Of a stretch of 64,000 nucleotides of DNA, positions 18,758 to 29,300 are shown piece by piece (the stretch's first letter is position 1; each line of letters starts with the position of its first letter). A program made the translations under genes and the position numbers. This DNA comes from a virus. The notes under the pieces are model-generated. The model saw only the letters and a list, made by a program, of their open reading frames with translations. It was not told where the DNA came from and ran no database searches. The DNA lies in IMG/VR virus record IMGVR_UViG_3300021440_000014, positions 1 to 64,000 of that record; one strand, given 5' to 3'.

Positions 18758-19818
18758 TGAATAAAGATCAAGCCATAATTTCATCAAAGAAGTTGCTTTT
18801 AGAATCAACTTCTCTTTCCCCTTCTTCTTTAATCACATTGTTTGAAATGGACATTTCTGACTTAGCTTTTGATAAAGGAATTATAGGAGAGATAACAGAA
18901 TTTAATGAAGAAGATAGAATCTTTAGGTTCCATAATAATATACCTTTAATTTCTAATCAAATAGTTTGGAAAGGTAAAACTTTCTATGGATTGCCAGTTA
19001 AGGCAGAAGGATTCGAAATAAATGGAAGAGGAACCTTGCCAACGCCAAAATTATCCATATCAACTAATGAAGAAGGAGTTCCGTTCCTATCTAAATTAAA
19101 AGTCCAAATCAATAGACTTGGTGATCTAACAGGTATAAAAGTTACAAGAATAAGAACTTTTTATAAATATTTGGATGCAATCAATTTCGAGAATAGCGAA
19201 AATCCAAACGCAGATCCTTATGTAGAATTTCCAAGAGACGTATTTTATGTAGACAGAAAAACCATAGAAAATAAAAATACGATAGAATTTGAGTTGGCAT
19301 CGATTTTAGATGTGGAGGGAATTAAGCTTCCAGCGAGAATCGTTGTATCAAATAGATGCACTTGGCAGTATAGGGGCCAAGGATGCTTATACGAATCAGA
19401 GGCCAATAGAAATGTTGAGGTTCATGGACCAGAAAATAAAAGTAGACTTCCTTCTTCCGCCCCTCCTGTGGCTACTGAAAAGGGGGATTTAATTTCTGAA
19501 CTATTACCAGATGGAACAAGTTTAAACTATAGAGGAAAGCACGATAAAAATCTTACTTACAACATTGGCGATTATGTCTACATTGAAAAAAATGGTATAA
19601 AATACTATTTTGTCGCGCATACTTTAGTTCCAGAGAATACTTTTCCTCCAAATGGAAAATATTGGATTCAGGACGGTTGCAGTAAGTTAGTTAATAATGG
19701 ATGTAAGTATAGATGGGGAGTTATTGGAGGAACTGCCGCGCCGGGAAGAGCAAACGGAAACCCTCACAATGGATGTCTACCGTTCGGCGGTTTCTCCGCA
19801 GTTAGTAAGGTTAGGTAA
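18757..19818 (+). CDS. Lambda gpL-like minor tail protein
   Basis: LITLFEMD, IVWKGKTF.GLPVKAEGFE...LPTPKLSI, KVTRIRT..KYLDA.NF, and Fe-S cysteines CTWQYRGQGC and DGCSK...GC..R, LPFGGF. Confidence 0.9.
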   Translation: MNKDQAIISSKKLLLESTSLSPSSLITLFEMDISDLAFDKGIIGEITEFNEEDRIFRFHNNIPLISNQIVWKGKTFYGLPVKAEGFEINGRGTLPTPKLSISTNEEGVPFLSKLKVQINRLGDLTGIKVTRIRTFYKYLDAINFENSENPNADPYVEFPRDVFYVDRKTIENKNTIEFELASILDVEGIKLPARIVVSNRCTWQYRGQGCLYESEANRNVEVHGPENKSRLPSSAPPVATEKGDLISELLPDGTSLNYRGKHDKNLTYNIGDYVYIEKNGIKYYFVAHTLVPENTFPPNGKYWIQDGCSKLVNNGCKYRWGVIGGTAAPGRANGNPHNGCLPFGGFSAVSKVR

Positions 19819-20561
19819 TGATAAGCGAAATAAATAAGAAAATTATAAAAGAACACGCTTTAGAGGACTGCTCTAAAGAGTGCTGTGGACTTATTTATTC
19901 TAATGGAGAGAATGGTCAGTCCGTATTTAAAAGTAGGAACATATCTTCTCAGCCTGAAAATTTCTTTGAAATAGATCCAAAAGACTATCTTAAAGCCTCA
20001 CTAGAGGGAAAAGTTATAGGTTTTTACCATAGCCATTTCGGAGAACATGCTAATTCTTTTACAGATTTTGATATTTTAAATTGCGAAAGATTTAAAATGT
20101 TCGGTGTCATTTACGATATAAGGACGGATTCATTCTCTTACTATTCTCCATCTGGTTATAAGCTTCCATACACGGAAAGAGAGTATGTCATAGGTGGAAT
20201 AGACTGTTTTTCTCTTGTTAGGGATTTTTACAAAAATGAACTTAATATAGAAATAACAGACCTTGAAACGAAGTATAGGTATATAGAACACAAACCGGAA
20301 CATCCAGATAATGTTGGCTGTTTAAATATACTACCGGAACATTTTAAAAATAATAATTTTATAGAAGTTAAAGACCTGAAAGAAAACGATATCATTTTGA
20401 TGAATAGTGATAAAATTTTATCCCCAATTCATTGTTCTATTTATAGGGGGAATAATTATATTTTACATCATCCGTTTGGCGCAAAATCAAGAATAGAAAG
20501 AATAAGAAGTTGGCACACAAAATATACAACTCACAAATTTAGACATAAGAGCATGTTATGA
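19818..20561 (+). CDS. Lambda gpK-like tail assembly protein (JAB/MPN plus NlpC/P60)
   Basis: HA...KECCGLI and FYHSH (JAB). DCFSLVRDFY...HCSIY...ILHH (NlpC/P60). Confidence 0.9.
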   Translation: MISEINKKIIKEHALEDCSKECCGLIYSNGENGQSVFKSRNISSQPENFFEIDPKDYLKASLEGKVIGFYHSHFGEHANSFTDFDILNCERFKMFGVIYDIRTDSFSYYSPSGYKLPYTEREYVIGGIDCFSLVRDFYKNELNIEITDLETKYRYIEHKPEHPDNVGCLNILPEHFKNNNFIEVKDLKENDIILMNSDKILSPIHCSIYRGNNYILHHPFGAKSRIERIRSWHTKYTTHKFRHKSML

Positions 20562-21211
20562 AAAAGTTAACAAATATAAAGCTTCATGGGATATTAGGCG
20601 AAGAGGTTGGGATAAAAGAATGTAATCTTTCGATATCTTCTGTTTCAGAAGCTATCAGAGCATTAGAGGCTTTAACAAAGAATAAGCTTTATAAATTTTT
20701 TAGGGATAAAGACTCGGAAGGAATTGCCTATAAGGTTTTAATTAACGGAAGGGAAGCAGAGGTCGAAAACTTAAAAGAAGATGATCTTGATAGAATTAAA
20801 AACAGTGAGCTATGCATGAATTTTAATGATTTAAAAAGTATAGATATAGTCCCCGTTATTCAGGGGTCAGGGAAAGCGGGATCTATAGGAGCAATAGTTT
20901 TAGGTGTCATATTAATAATAGTTGGAGCCTATCTCTCTGCTTTTGGTGGTGCGGCCCTAATTGGCGCAGGTATAGGTTTAATTGTTGGCGGCGTCATGTA
21001 TCTTCTCTCTAGTCCTCCCAAAATAGACGATTTTAGAGAAGTTAAAGGCGGGGGAAGAACTTCTTATCTGTTCAGTGGCCCTCAAAACACAACTAGAGAA
21101 GGTGGGCCTGTTCCCGTAGGATACGGAAGAATGATTGTAGGAAGTCAAGTAATATCTGCTTCTTACGAAGTGTCACATGCTAACGCAGATTATAATCCAT
21201 TAACATCATAA
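20558..21211 (+). CDS. Lambda gpI-like tail assembly protein
   Basis: IKLHGILG...EAIRAL, IDIVPVIQGSG, Gly-rich hydrophobic segment, SYLFSGPQNT..EGGPVPVGYGRMIVGSQVIS. Confidence 0.9.
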   Translation: MKKLTNIKLHGILGEEVGIKECNLSISSVSEAIRALEALTKNKLYKFFRDKDSEGIAYKVLINGREAEVENLKEDDLDRIKNSELCMNFNDLKSIDIVPVIQGSGKAGSIGAIVLGVILIIVGAYLSAFGGAALIGAGIGLIVGGVMYLLSSPPKIDDFREVKGGGRTSYLFSGPQNTTREGGPVPVGYGRMIVGSQVISASYEVSHANADYNPLTS

Positions 21212-24200
21212 TGAGCGACGAAATTAAATTTTTCATAAAAGGTGCCGGTGGCTCACAACCCGAACAACCTAAAGCAAGAATTCCTGTAGAAGCCAGAGAG
21301 GGTATAAGCGGGCAATTTATAGAAAGCGGAAATCTTAGCGTTCCGGTTGATAGAGTTGTTTCTCTTACTCAGATTAGAACTTTAGACTTAATCTCCGAAG
21401 GCGAACTAGAAGGTCTTGTTTCGGGTGAGTATTCTTATGTTGGGTATCCGGGTGAAATTGGATATAGAAGTGCAGTTTTCAAGCCTTTTCAAAGTAAAGT
21501 AATTGGTGGTAAGTCAATACCTTATCTCAGATCTATTTACTGGAACGAAACTCCAGTGGTGGATAAAGATAATTTATTTAACTTCCAGCAGATAGATGTA
21601 ACCTATTCTGCCGGAACTCCAAATGGAAGCTCTTCTGTGGGGATTGGAGATGAGCTAACAATAAGTAGGAACATTCAGGAAAGATTGAGAGGCCCAAACT
21701 CAATACTAGACGCGAAAAATAAACAGCAAGCAATAGGAGAAGCAGAACAATTTGCTAAATACTATAGGATTCTAAATAAAGACTGTAAAGGAGCTATCGT
21801 TAATGTAAGAGTCAACGCTCTTTCTCAAACAATAGTAGGTGGAACTAAAGCTGGTGATACGGCAGCTTCATCTATATTTTATAGAATTTATTATAAACCA
21901 ATATTCAATAAAGCAGGAACAATATCAGCAGAAAATGTAGGCCCAGAAGATCAAGCGGGATACATCGAAGGCAAAGAAGAGATAATAAGAGGCAAAATTA
22001 GTTACGGATACATTAGATCTACAAGAATAACTTTTGATGAGGCTTATTTCCAAGATCCAACTTTTATAGGATGGGCAATTAAAGTATTCAGACTCACTCC
22101 AGATTCTCTTCAGGGAACTTTAAGAAATCAAACCTACATTGATAGCATAACTGAAATTTATGGAAACTCTTTCTGCTATCCAAACTCAGCTATAGTTTCT
22201 CAGAAATTCAGCGCAGAATACTTCAATCAAATCCCAGCAAGAGCATTTGACGTAAGGCTTTTAAAAGTAAAAATTCCTTCAAACTATGACCCAATAACTA
22301 AAACGTATGAAGGAATATGGGATGGGACTTGGAAGTCGGACGAGTATGGCAATGATGGGTTATTTTGGACGGATAATCCGGCATGGTGTTTTTACGACAT
22401 CCTAACTAATAGCAGATATGGGCTAGGCAAGTATATCTCTAGCTCTTTAGTCGATAAATGGACGCTTTACCAAATCTCTCAATATTGCGACACAATGGTT
22501 CCAGATGGGGTAGGCGGCGTCGAACCAAGGTTTACCTGCAACATGATTATTACTAGCAGGGAAGAAGCCTATAGGGTTCTGAGCGACATGGCAAGCATAT
22601 TTAGAGCTATCCTATATTATCAAGGTGGATCAATATACACTTCGATGGATATAGAGAAAGACTCTATCTATCAGTTTTCCAATTCTAACGTAGCAGAAGG
22701 CAATTTTAATTATTCTTCTAGCAGTAAAAGAGTAAGGCATTCGGTAGCTATAGTAAGGTATAATGACAAAACGAATTTTTATTTGCCAGCAATAGAATAC
22801 GTAGAAGATACTGAAGCCATCAAAAAGTATGGATATAGAGAGCTAGAGGTAGCCGCTTTTGGCTGCACAAGTAGGGGTCAAGCTATCAGGTTCGGAAGAT
22901 GGGCATTACTTAGCGAATCTCTTGAAACCGAAACCGTATCCTTCGATGCGGGCCTTGAATCATGTTATCTTAAACCGGGGGATATTTTTAGAGTATCAGA
23001 CTACTATAAAACAAATTCAAGAAGAGGCGGAAGAATTTATGATGCATATAAAAGTGGGCAAAGTTCAGTAGTTCTTTTGGACGACATAGTAACAGGGTTC
23101 AAAGATAGCTCTACATATAAATTAGCAATAACTTCTCCTTCTTACAGTTTCGATCCAACACTTGTTGAAGGGATTACAAGCGACGACATTTCAAACATAA
23201 GAAAAAATCAAGTCCAATTAATAACTTTTTCTGGTGGAGACGTTTCATCTATAAGCGGCTATTCTAGAGTTATAATTAATGAAGACAATTGGTCCAACCA
23301 AATAGATTTTAAAAATAGATATGTAGTGCCTAGATCAGTATGGACTATAGAAGCTACGGGAAATGATTTGTATGATAATAATTTTAATAATCAATGGGAT
23401 TATTATAGAGTCATAAAAATTGAAGAAAAAGAAGAGAATCTATTTGGCATAAATGCTCTTCAGTATGATTTATCTAAATATCAAGCCGTAGATTCTGGTC
23501 TTAACTTTGAAAATCAAGTTGTTCAAATCGGTAACGTAAGTGCGCCTGACTCTCTATTTTTAGAGTATGTAGATTTAGAAGGATCTAGTAATCTAAAAGC
23601 TATTAAATACTCTATCTCGAAGACGAACATGGATGGAGTAAACGGATTCCTTGTTTATGCTAAACTTGGAGATTGGGAGTCAGAAGATTTTTCAGAAAGA
23701 TTTACCAACGGTAATATTCCTCAAGTAATACCTCAGACTCCAAACAGCGAGTTTTTAATTAACGTTGCCTCTAATAGTAATCCAAGCGGAAATTTCATTC
23801 CCCTTGAAAATGGAACATACTACTTTAGAGTTTATTCAAGGAATCTTCAAGGTATACCTTCTGAAAATGGGGTTTCTAGTTCCATTTCAGTATTTGATCT
23901 TAATAAATTTCAAGGCTTAAGAATAAGCTCTCTTAGAGTCGAAGGAAATTCAGATGCGTTGTTATCTCAAAAAGCTGAAGATACTATATCCTTTATTTCT
24001 CCGACTTTTAGATGGCAGGCATCTTTAGAAAATGCTCCTTCTACACCCTATACTCTAGGGGATGTATATTACAGAATGACGATTAGGAAATCTACAAGTC
24101 CTAACTCTTCTGCGCCCGCTACATCAGATGAAAGCCCTATCGTTGGAGATCCTTATCAGCCTTCTAGCGTTATATACCACGAAGAAAAAGGGTATAAACC

Positions 24201-25506
24201 GGATGACGTAAATAATCCTAGTTTATCATTCGATTTAATTGAAAATATTTCTGCTTTTACTAAATATTATACAAATCAGCCTCAAGGTCTTACTCCAAGT
24301 GGGGCTATAAGAGATTACGATGTAGTCGTAGAAGCACATCTTCAAGACGGATCTAGTTCGGCTGGAGGCAATATATTCTCTACGGTAAGAGGAGGAAATT
24401 TAGATTCTGAGTATTCTCAAAGCAAAACTAATGGATGGGATATTTTACATGTAAATAATCCAAAAATACCAGCCATACAATTAACGGAGCAAGCAGATTT
24501 GGACTCCTGCCAAATAGCAGCAGTATCAGACCCCACAAGAATATGCACGGAGCAGTGGATTAACTCTAATGGAACCGTAAGTATAGATATTAAGACTAAT
24601 AATCTGCTAGATGATATAGCTGGAGGTTTTATATATAGTTGCAGAGAAATTTTTTCCACAGAAGAAGCTTTAAATGGCAAAAAAGCAAATGGAACGTCTA
24701 TTTACAGAGGAGAATTTTCGGATTTATCTAATCCGTTAAATGCAGCCTCTAATTTGAAAGACATTAAAAATGGATACGTTGCAGTATCTTTTTATGACAA
24801 TTTAGATAAAGCTTTCAGGGATGAAATGCTCAAGGTTAACCCTAAATACAATGACGTATTTATTAGCGGTTTAAATGTTTCTAATGCTGCTGGGGCAAAA
24901 CTTAAATCAATATCTTCTACTCTTGGCAGCTATGTTGCGTGGGGGCAAGTATTTTTTAAAGGAAAGAGAAAAACAGGTTCAACGACCAAATGGGTAATAG
25001 AAGAGTTGTCTTGGTTTGGGCCGGGAATAATAAGTGTTATCGATGACGGCTCTACTCAAAACTACGCAAAAATAAGAATAGGATTAGACTCGGAATTAGT
25101 AGACCAAAATGCAAATACCGCATTTAATATATCTTATACTTATTCTAATACTCCAGTTGGGACAAATACAGTTCCGGTTTTTAAAACAAATAAAAACTTG
25201 CCATTACTTTCAGCAGGGACTTCTCCACATAATAGATTTACTATTGCAGACAATAATTTGCCTATAGAATATATTTCTAAATGGACTAATCCATCAAGCG
25301 TAGAAGATATTCATCATTACAACTTAGAAAATGTTGTTACTATCTTAGAGCTAACAAATGAATACGCTATAGCAAAAATAGATATTCCTCAATTAACTGC
25401 GACTTCCAGCATTTATAATGCGACAACAGAAGCAAAAATATTCATTGGAATAATGCAGTCTTCGGAAGGAAAAACTCTATCAGCGGACATAGGTAAAGAA
25501 TTTTAA
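21211..25506 (+). CDS. Lambda gpJ-like central tail tip / host-specificity protein
   Basis: LDLISEGELEGLV, KVKIPSNYDP, WDGTWK, WTDNPAWCFYDILTNSRYGLG, DKWTLY.ISQYCD..VPDG, EPRFTCN, AFGCTSRGQA.R.GRW. Confidence 0.92.
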   Translation: MSDEIKFFIKGAGGSQPEQPKARIPVEAREGISGQFIESGNLSVPVDRVVSLTQIRTLDLISEGELEGLVSGEYSYVGYPGEIGYRSAVFKPFQSKVIGGKSIPYLRSIYWNETPVVDKDNLFNFQQIDVTYSAGTPNGSSSVGIGDELTISRNIQERLRGPNSILDAKNKQQAIGEAEQFAKYYRILNKDCKGAIVNVRVNALSQTIVGGTKAGDTAASSIFYRIYYKPIFNKAGTISAENVGPEDQAGYIEGKEEIIRGKISYGYIRSTRITFDEAYFQDPTFIGWAIKVFRLTPDSLQGTLRNQTYIDSITEIYGNSFCYPNSAIVSQKFSAEYFNQIPARAFDVRLLKVKIPSNYDPITKTYEGIWDGTWKSDEYGNDGLFWTDNPAWCFYDILTNSRYGLGKYISSSLVDKWTLYQISQYCDTMVPDGVGGVEPRFTCNMIITSREEAYRVLSDMASIFRAILYYQGGSIYTSMDIEKDSIYQFSNSNVAEGNFNYSSSSKRVRHSVAIVRYNDKTNFYLPAIEYVEDTEAIKKYGYRELEVAAFGCTSRGQAIRFGRWALLSESLETETVSFDAGLESCYLKPGDIFRVSDYYKTNSRRGGRIYDAYKSGQSSVVLLDDIVTGFKDSSTYKLAITSPSYSFDPTLVEGITSDDISNIRKNQVQLITFSGGDVSSISGYSRVIINEDNWSNQIDFKNRYVVPRSVWTIEATGNDLYDNNFNNQWDYYRVIKIEEKEENLFGINALQYDLSKYQAVDSGLNFENQVVQIGNVSAPDSLFLEYVDLEGSSNLKAIKYSISKTNMDGVNGFLVYAKLGDWESEDFSERFTNGNIPQVIPQTPNSEFLINVASNSNPSGNFIPLENGTYYFRVYSRNLQGIPSENGVSSSISVFDLNKFQGLRISSLRVEGNSDALLSQKAEDTISFISPTFRWQASLENAPSTPYTLGDVYYRMTIRKSTSPNSSAPATSDESPIVGDPYQPSSVIYHEEKGYKPDDVNNPSLSFDLIENISAFTKYYTNQPQGLTPSGAIRDYDVVVEAHLQDGSSSAGGNIFSTVRGGNLDSEYSQSKTNGWDILHVNNPKIPAIQLTEQADLDSCQIAAVSDPTRICTEQWINSNGTVSIDIKTNNLLDDIAGGFIYSCREIFSTEEALNGKKANGTSIYRGEFSDLSNPLNAASNLKDIKNGYVAVSFYDNLDKAFRDEMLKVNPKYNDVFISGLNVSNAAGAKLKSISSTLGSYVAWGQVFFKGKRKTGSTTKWVIEELSWFGPGIISVIDDGSTQNYAKIRIGLDSELVDQNANTAFNISYTYSNTPVGTNTVPVFKTNKNLPLLSAGTSPHNRFTIADNNLPIEYISKWTNPSSVEDIHHYNLENVVTILELTNEYAIAKIDIPQLTATSSIYNATTEAKIFIGIMQSSEGKTLSADIGKEF

Positions 25507-25511
25507 AATAT

Positions 25512-26375
25512 ATGAGAGCATCAATACTAAAAAACACAAACAGAGCAGTTTCATCTTCAGAGGAATCTTGGGGATCGCTTAGAGAAAACACAATGGTAAA
25601 ATTTGGAAATGATTCTGAATTCTACAAAATTGGTTCAAGTAAGCAATTCATGTTCATAAAAAACTTTAAGTCAATTAATCAAAATCAAATTCTTATTGAA
25701 GACGATATTGGAATTGCCCTGAACGTTTTAGATACAGTTCAAGTATCCTTTAAGGAATATGAGCTTTTAACCGTTATTAAGGAAGAGAATAGGGGGAGCA
25801 AATATAAAGTGGGAGATTTACTTACTATTGCTGGCGGAATTCCGTCTAAAGACACTCAGACCAATATTGATTATTCTACTAAGTTGGTAGTATCGGAGGT
25901 TGGCGCAGATGGGGAAATATTACAAATAAGACTGGAGCATCCGGGTAAATATATTTGCGCTCCAGAACAGAAATGTAATTTAATTGGCGGGCATGGTAGC
26001 GGAGCGACTGTATTGGCAGATTTCGTAGTATCAGATCATCGATACATTACTGAAAGAACAGTGACGAGAATAGATAAAAATGAAAAAGGAACAATTATTA
26101 CCCTTGACTCCAAGATAGACTCAGCAGTTACAGATGGTAAAATTTCTGTAACTAAATGGGAGCTTTTTATTACGTCTAATTACGCGGGAGAATCAAAATA
26201 TAATGAGCAGATACAATTTATAAGAGATTTCTCGCCAAATTTAGGTATTCCATTTTTATTGAAGGATAATCAATCCCCAGAAGCTATTTACAATTTAGCA
26301 ATATTGAAAATAGACTCTGAGTTTACTAAACTTCAAAATAGGATAAAAGAGCTAGAATCAAGAATTAGGGGATAA
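25512..26375 (+). CDS. Putative tail-associated protein
   Basis: Directly after gpJ. Beta-rich with a GSKYKVGD...GG.GSGA module and a C-terminal coiled coil (LQNRIKELESRI). Confidence 0.5.
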   Translation: MRASILKNTNRAVSSSEESWGSLRENTMVKFGNDSEFYKIGSSKQFMFIKNFKSINQNQILIEDDIGIALNVLDTVQVSFKEYELLTVIKEENRGSKYKVGDLLTIAGGIPSKDTQTNIDYSTKLVVSEVGADGEILQIRLEHPGKYICAPEQKCNLIGGHGSGATVLADFVVSDHRYITERTVTRIDKNEKGTIITLDSKIDSAVTDGKISVTKWELFITSNYAGESKYNEQIQFIRDFSPNLGIPFLLKDNQSPEAIYNLAILKIDSEFTKLQNRIKELESRIRG

Positions 26376-29300
26376 TAGTCCGCCATTTTTCTTTTGCTCT
26401 ATAATAACTTCCACAACTTTCGACTTGACAAGTTCGGCGAATTTCTTGCTGTTTTCTTGATCTTTTCCAGAGCGCGAACCTGAAGAGTCAGAAGATGTTT
26501 TAGATTCTACAGAACCTTCCTTAGACACGTTGACCGTGATGCTAATATTATTAGTTCCACCAGTAACGCTTTGGACTTGATTATTTGAACCTGAATCATT
26601 CTTGCCGTTAGACTTTAAAGATTTAACAGCTTCAGATAGCTCAGATATTACAGAGGATATTTTATCCATGTAATTAGACTCATTGCCATTTGAAGAATAA
26701 GATCCTACATATCCGCCTTCGGCATATTTTCTTCCATTATTTATATTGTTGAAGAAACTTGTTCCGTATTTGTCTACGGCTGATTTTTTAACTACAAATT
26801 CACCCCCAGTTAACATCGCGGGAATTTTATCCGTAGAAGAATTTCCGCCAAATACAGTGCCGCCCCCGGCATATTTTTTAATTATACCTCCATTAGCTCT
26901 GCCTAAACCATTAAAAATTGCTGCTACTTCTGTATCTCCAGAATTGTAAGATGTAGTTCCTCCAAACTTATCTCTTACAATATAGCCATCACTACCTTTT
27001 GTTATAGTAGACCCATCTCCTAGTTTCTTTGTATTAGAAGATGAGCTACCTATTTGACCTAATCCATAGGCACCAACCTGAATACCGGCAGATATATAAG
27101 CAGATCTTAGAGAATTATTTCTCTGCCTATTAAAGTTTCTAAGAGTTAATCTTCTATTTTTATCGTAGTCTTTCCTATCTCCAAGATAACCAATTAATTC
27201 CTGCTCTCTTTCGAACTTTAATCTATTAGCGGGATTATTTTCATCAGTTTGCCCCAAGGCTGATAACTGATTACTTACATTAAAATATCCTCCAGTAGGA
27301 CGTTTAGCATCATTATAAGCGAAAGCATTATTCAATACTATAGAAGATCTGTCCCCTTCAGAGAAACTTCTAGTTACCTGCGCTGCGCCAAAGTCCTGAT
27401 TTCCACGACTCTTCTTAGGCAGTTTAGTTCCATCTCCATATATAGGAGAATTTTTGTTCAACTCATTAAGGTAATCTTCGCCAATTGCTTGCACCGCAGA
27501 TCTTTTTATTACATATTCCCCTTCCGTCAGCATTGCTGGGACATCATCTCTAGTTCCTGACCCGCCTTTAACTCTGCCACCAGAGCTATATCTCATTATC
27601 TTGCCACCCATGTTCTTCTTTTGTGAAGTAGATGAGCTTCCAAAAGCCGAAGCCACGGACTTACCAGCTTCCCCAAGATACGAGAATAGTAAATTAGTAG
27701 ACAAATCTATGCTTAAATCTTGAACTCTTTTAAGAACTGAATTTCCAAAACTTCTAAATGCATCATCAGCGTCTTTAGTTCCATCTGCAAATGATTTAAA
27801 TGCGCTAGAGAACTCTGATTTGATTGTCGCAGCCGTAGTCACGGCTCCATCAGAAATTTCCTTATAATAGTCTTGACTATTGTATGCGGTTAACTCATTT
27901 CCAAATAAGCTCGCAGCTTGAGAAATTTTAAAATCTTTAGACTGTATTGATTTTTCATTTGCCAATCTTAATTGAGCATTATAATCTTTTCCGCTTATAT
28001 CTCCCCTATTATAAGCTTCTTTCGATCTAGCGGCTAAGAACTTTTCAGTTAAAGTAAGTTGTTTCTTAGCTATCTCGATTGCTGATAGCCCATTTCCAAT
28101 GGATTTTTTCTCTAATTTATCTAGCTGATCTCTTAAGTTTTTGGATTCTCTTAAATTTTCCGTGCCATCTTTAGATAATGCGGCCAATCTTGCTGCGCTA
28201 TTAGCTCTATTATCTAGGCTAGAAATAACAGAAGAGTAAGCTTGATTTGCATCGCCATTATCTCCAGTAGCCTGAAATACTGCTTGTTTCCTGAATAAAT
28301 CTTCGCCTATCTTACCAGATTGATCCGAGTTAAGTAATTGGCTCAATAATGAAGCAAATGACTCTCTTGTTCTTCTAGCCGTTAGCCCGCTCGTATCGAA
28401 CTGAATATTCTTTGCTTTTTCAGTTAATGCCTCAGATAATGTTCTTTCTTCACCTGCGCTAGGAGCAGGATTTATATACTTAGAAGAAGTTTGCTGAAGC
28501 GGAACAACGGGCGTATTTGGCGTTCTAATCCCAAATGCATCAAATAATGGGTCGCCAGCTAAAGGATTACTTTTACCTGCTGAAGCGTAAAATGAGATAG
28601 GATCTCCAATGGCTCCCCTAGAGCCGTCATACTTCTCTCCCCTTAACGCTGCTACAAGTTCAGCAACATTTTTAACGCTTACATTAAAACCATTATCGGA
28701 CGAAAGTTTCTGTAATATAGAGTCAAGATTTTGGCTATTTAATTTTATTTCGCTATATAAATTAGAAGACTGTCTTAATATTTCATCTTGTTTAGTTTCG
28801 GTTTTAAACTCATTAGTAAGCTGTTTTCTCGCTATCTCTTCTGGAGAAGCGGGTAGAAGATCATTAGGGAAGTTCTGTTTAATTGTATTGGCTAAATCGC
28901 TAACCAAAGGCTCAAACAAGCTAGTTCCTTGAACGTCAACGCCTAAAGATTGAAGTAATTTTGCGTTTTGGAACTTACCTTGGCCGGAAAGACCGAAATC
29001 TCCAATTTGCGCCCCTAACTCAGAAAGCGTATTTCCAGTAAGGATAGACTGTTTAAAATTAGCAGAGTTGCTTAATATATTTCCTGCGCCCCCGCCAACG
29101 CTTAATTTCTTCTGAAGATCTATCAGATCTATTTCGGCTCTTCTTTTTTCTTCCGACAGAGTTACGAGTTCTTTATTCCTATTTTCTACAGATCCCACTT
29201 GTAGTCCCCTTGAAATACCTAAATTTTTTATTGTAGAATTTAGTTCTTCAAGTAACTTTTTTTGATCCGCCGTAGTTTCCGCAGTTCCATCTGGTCTTAC

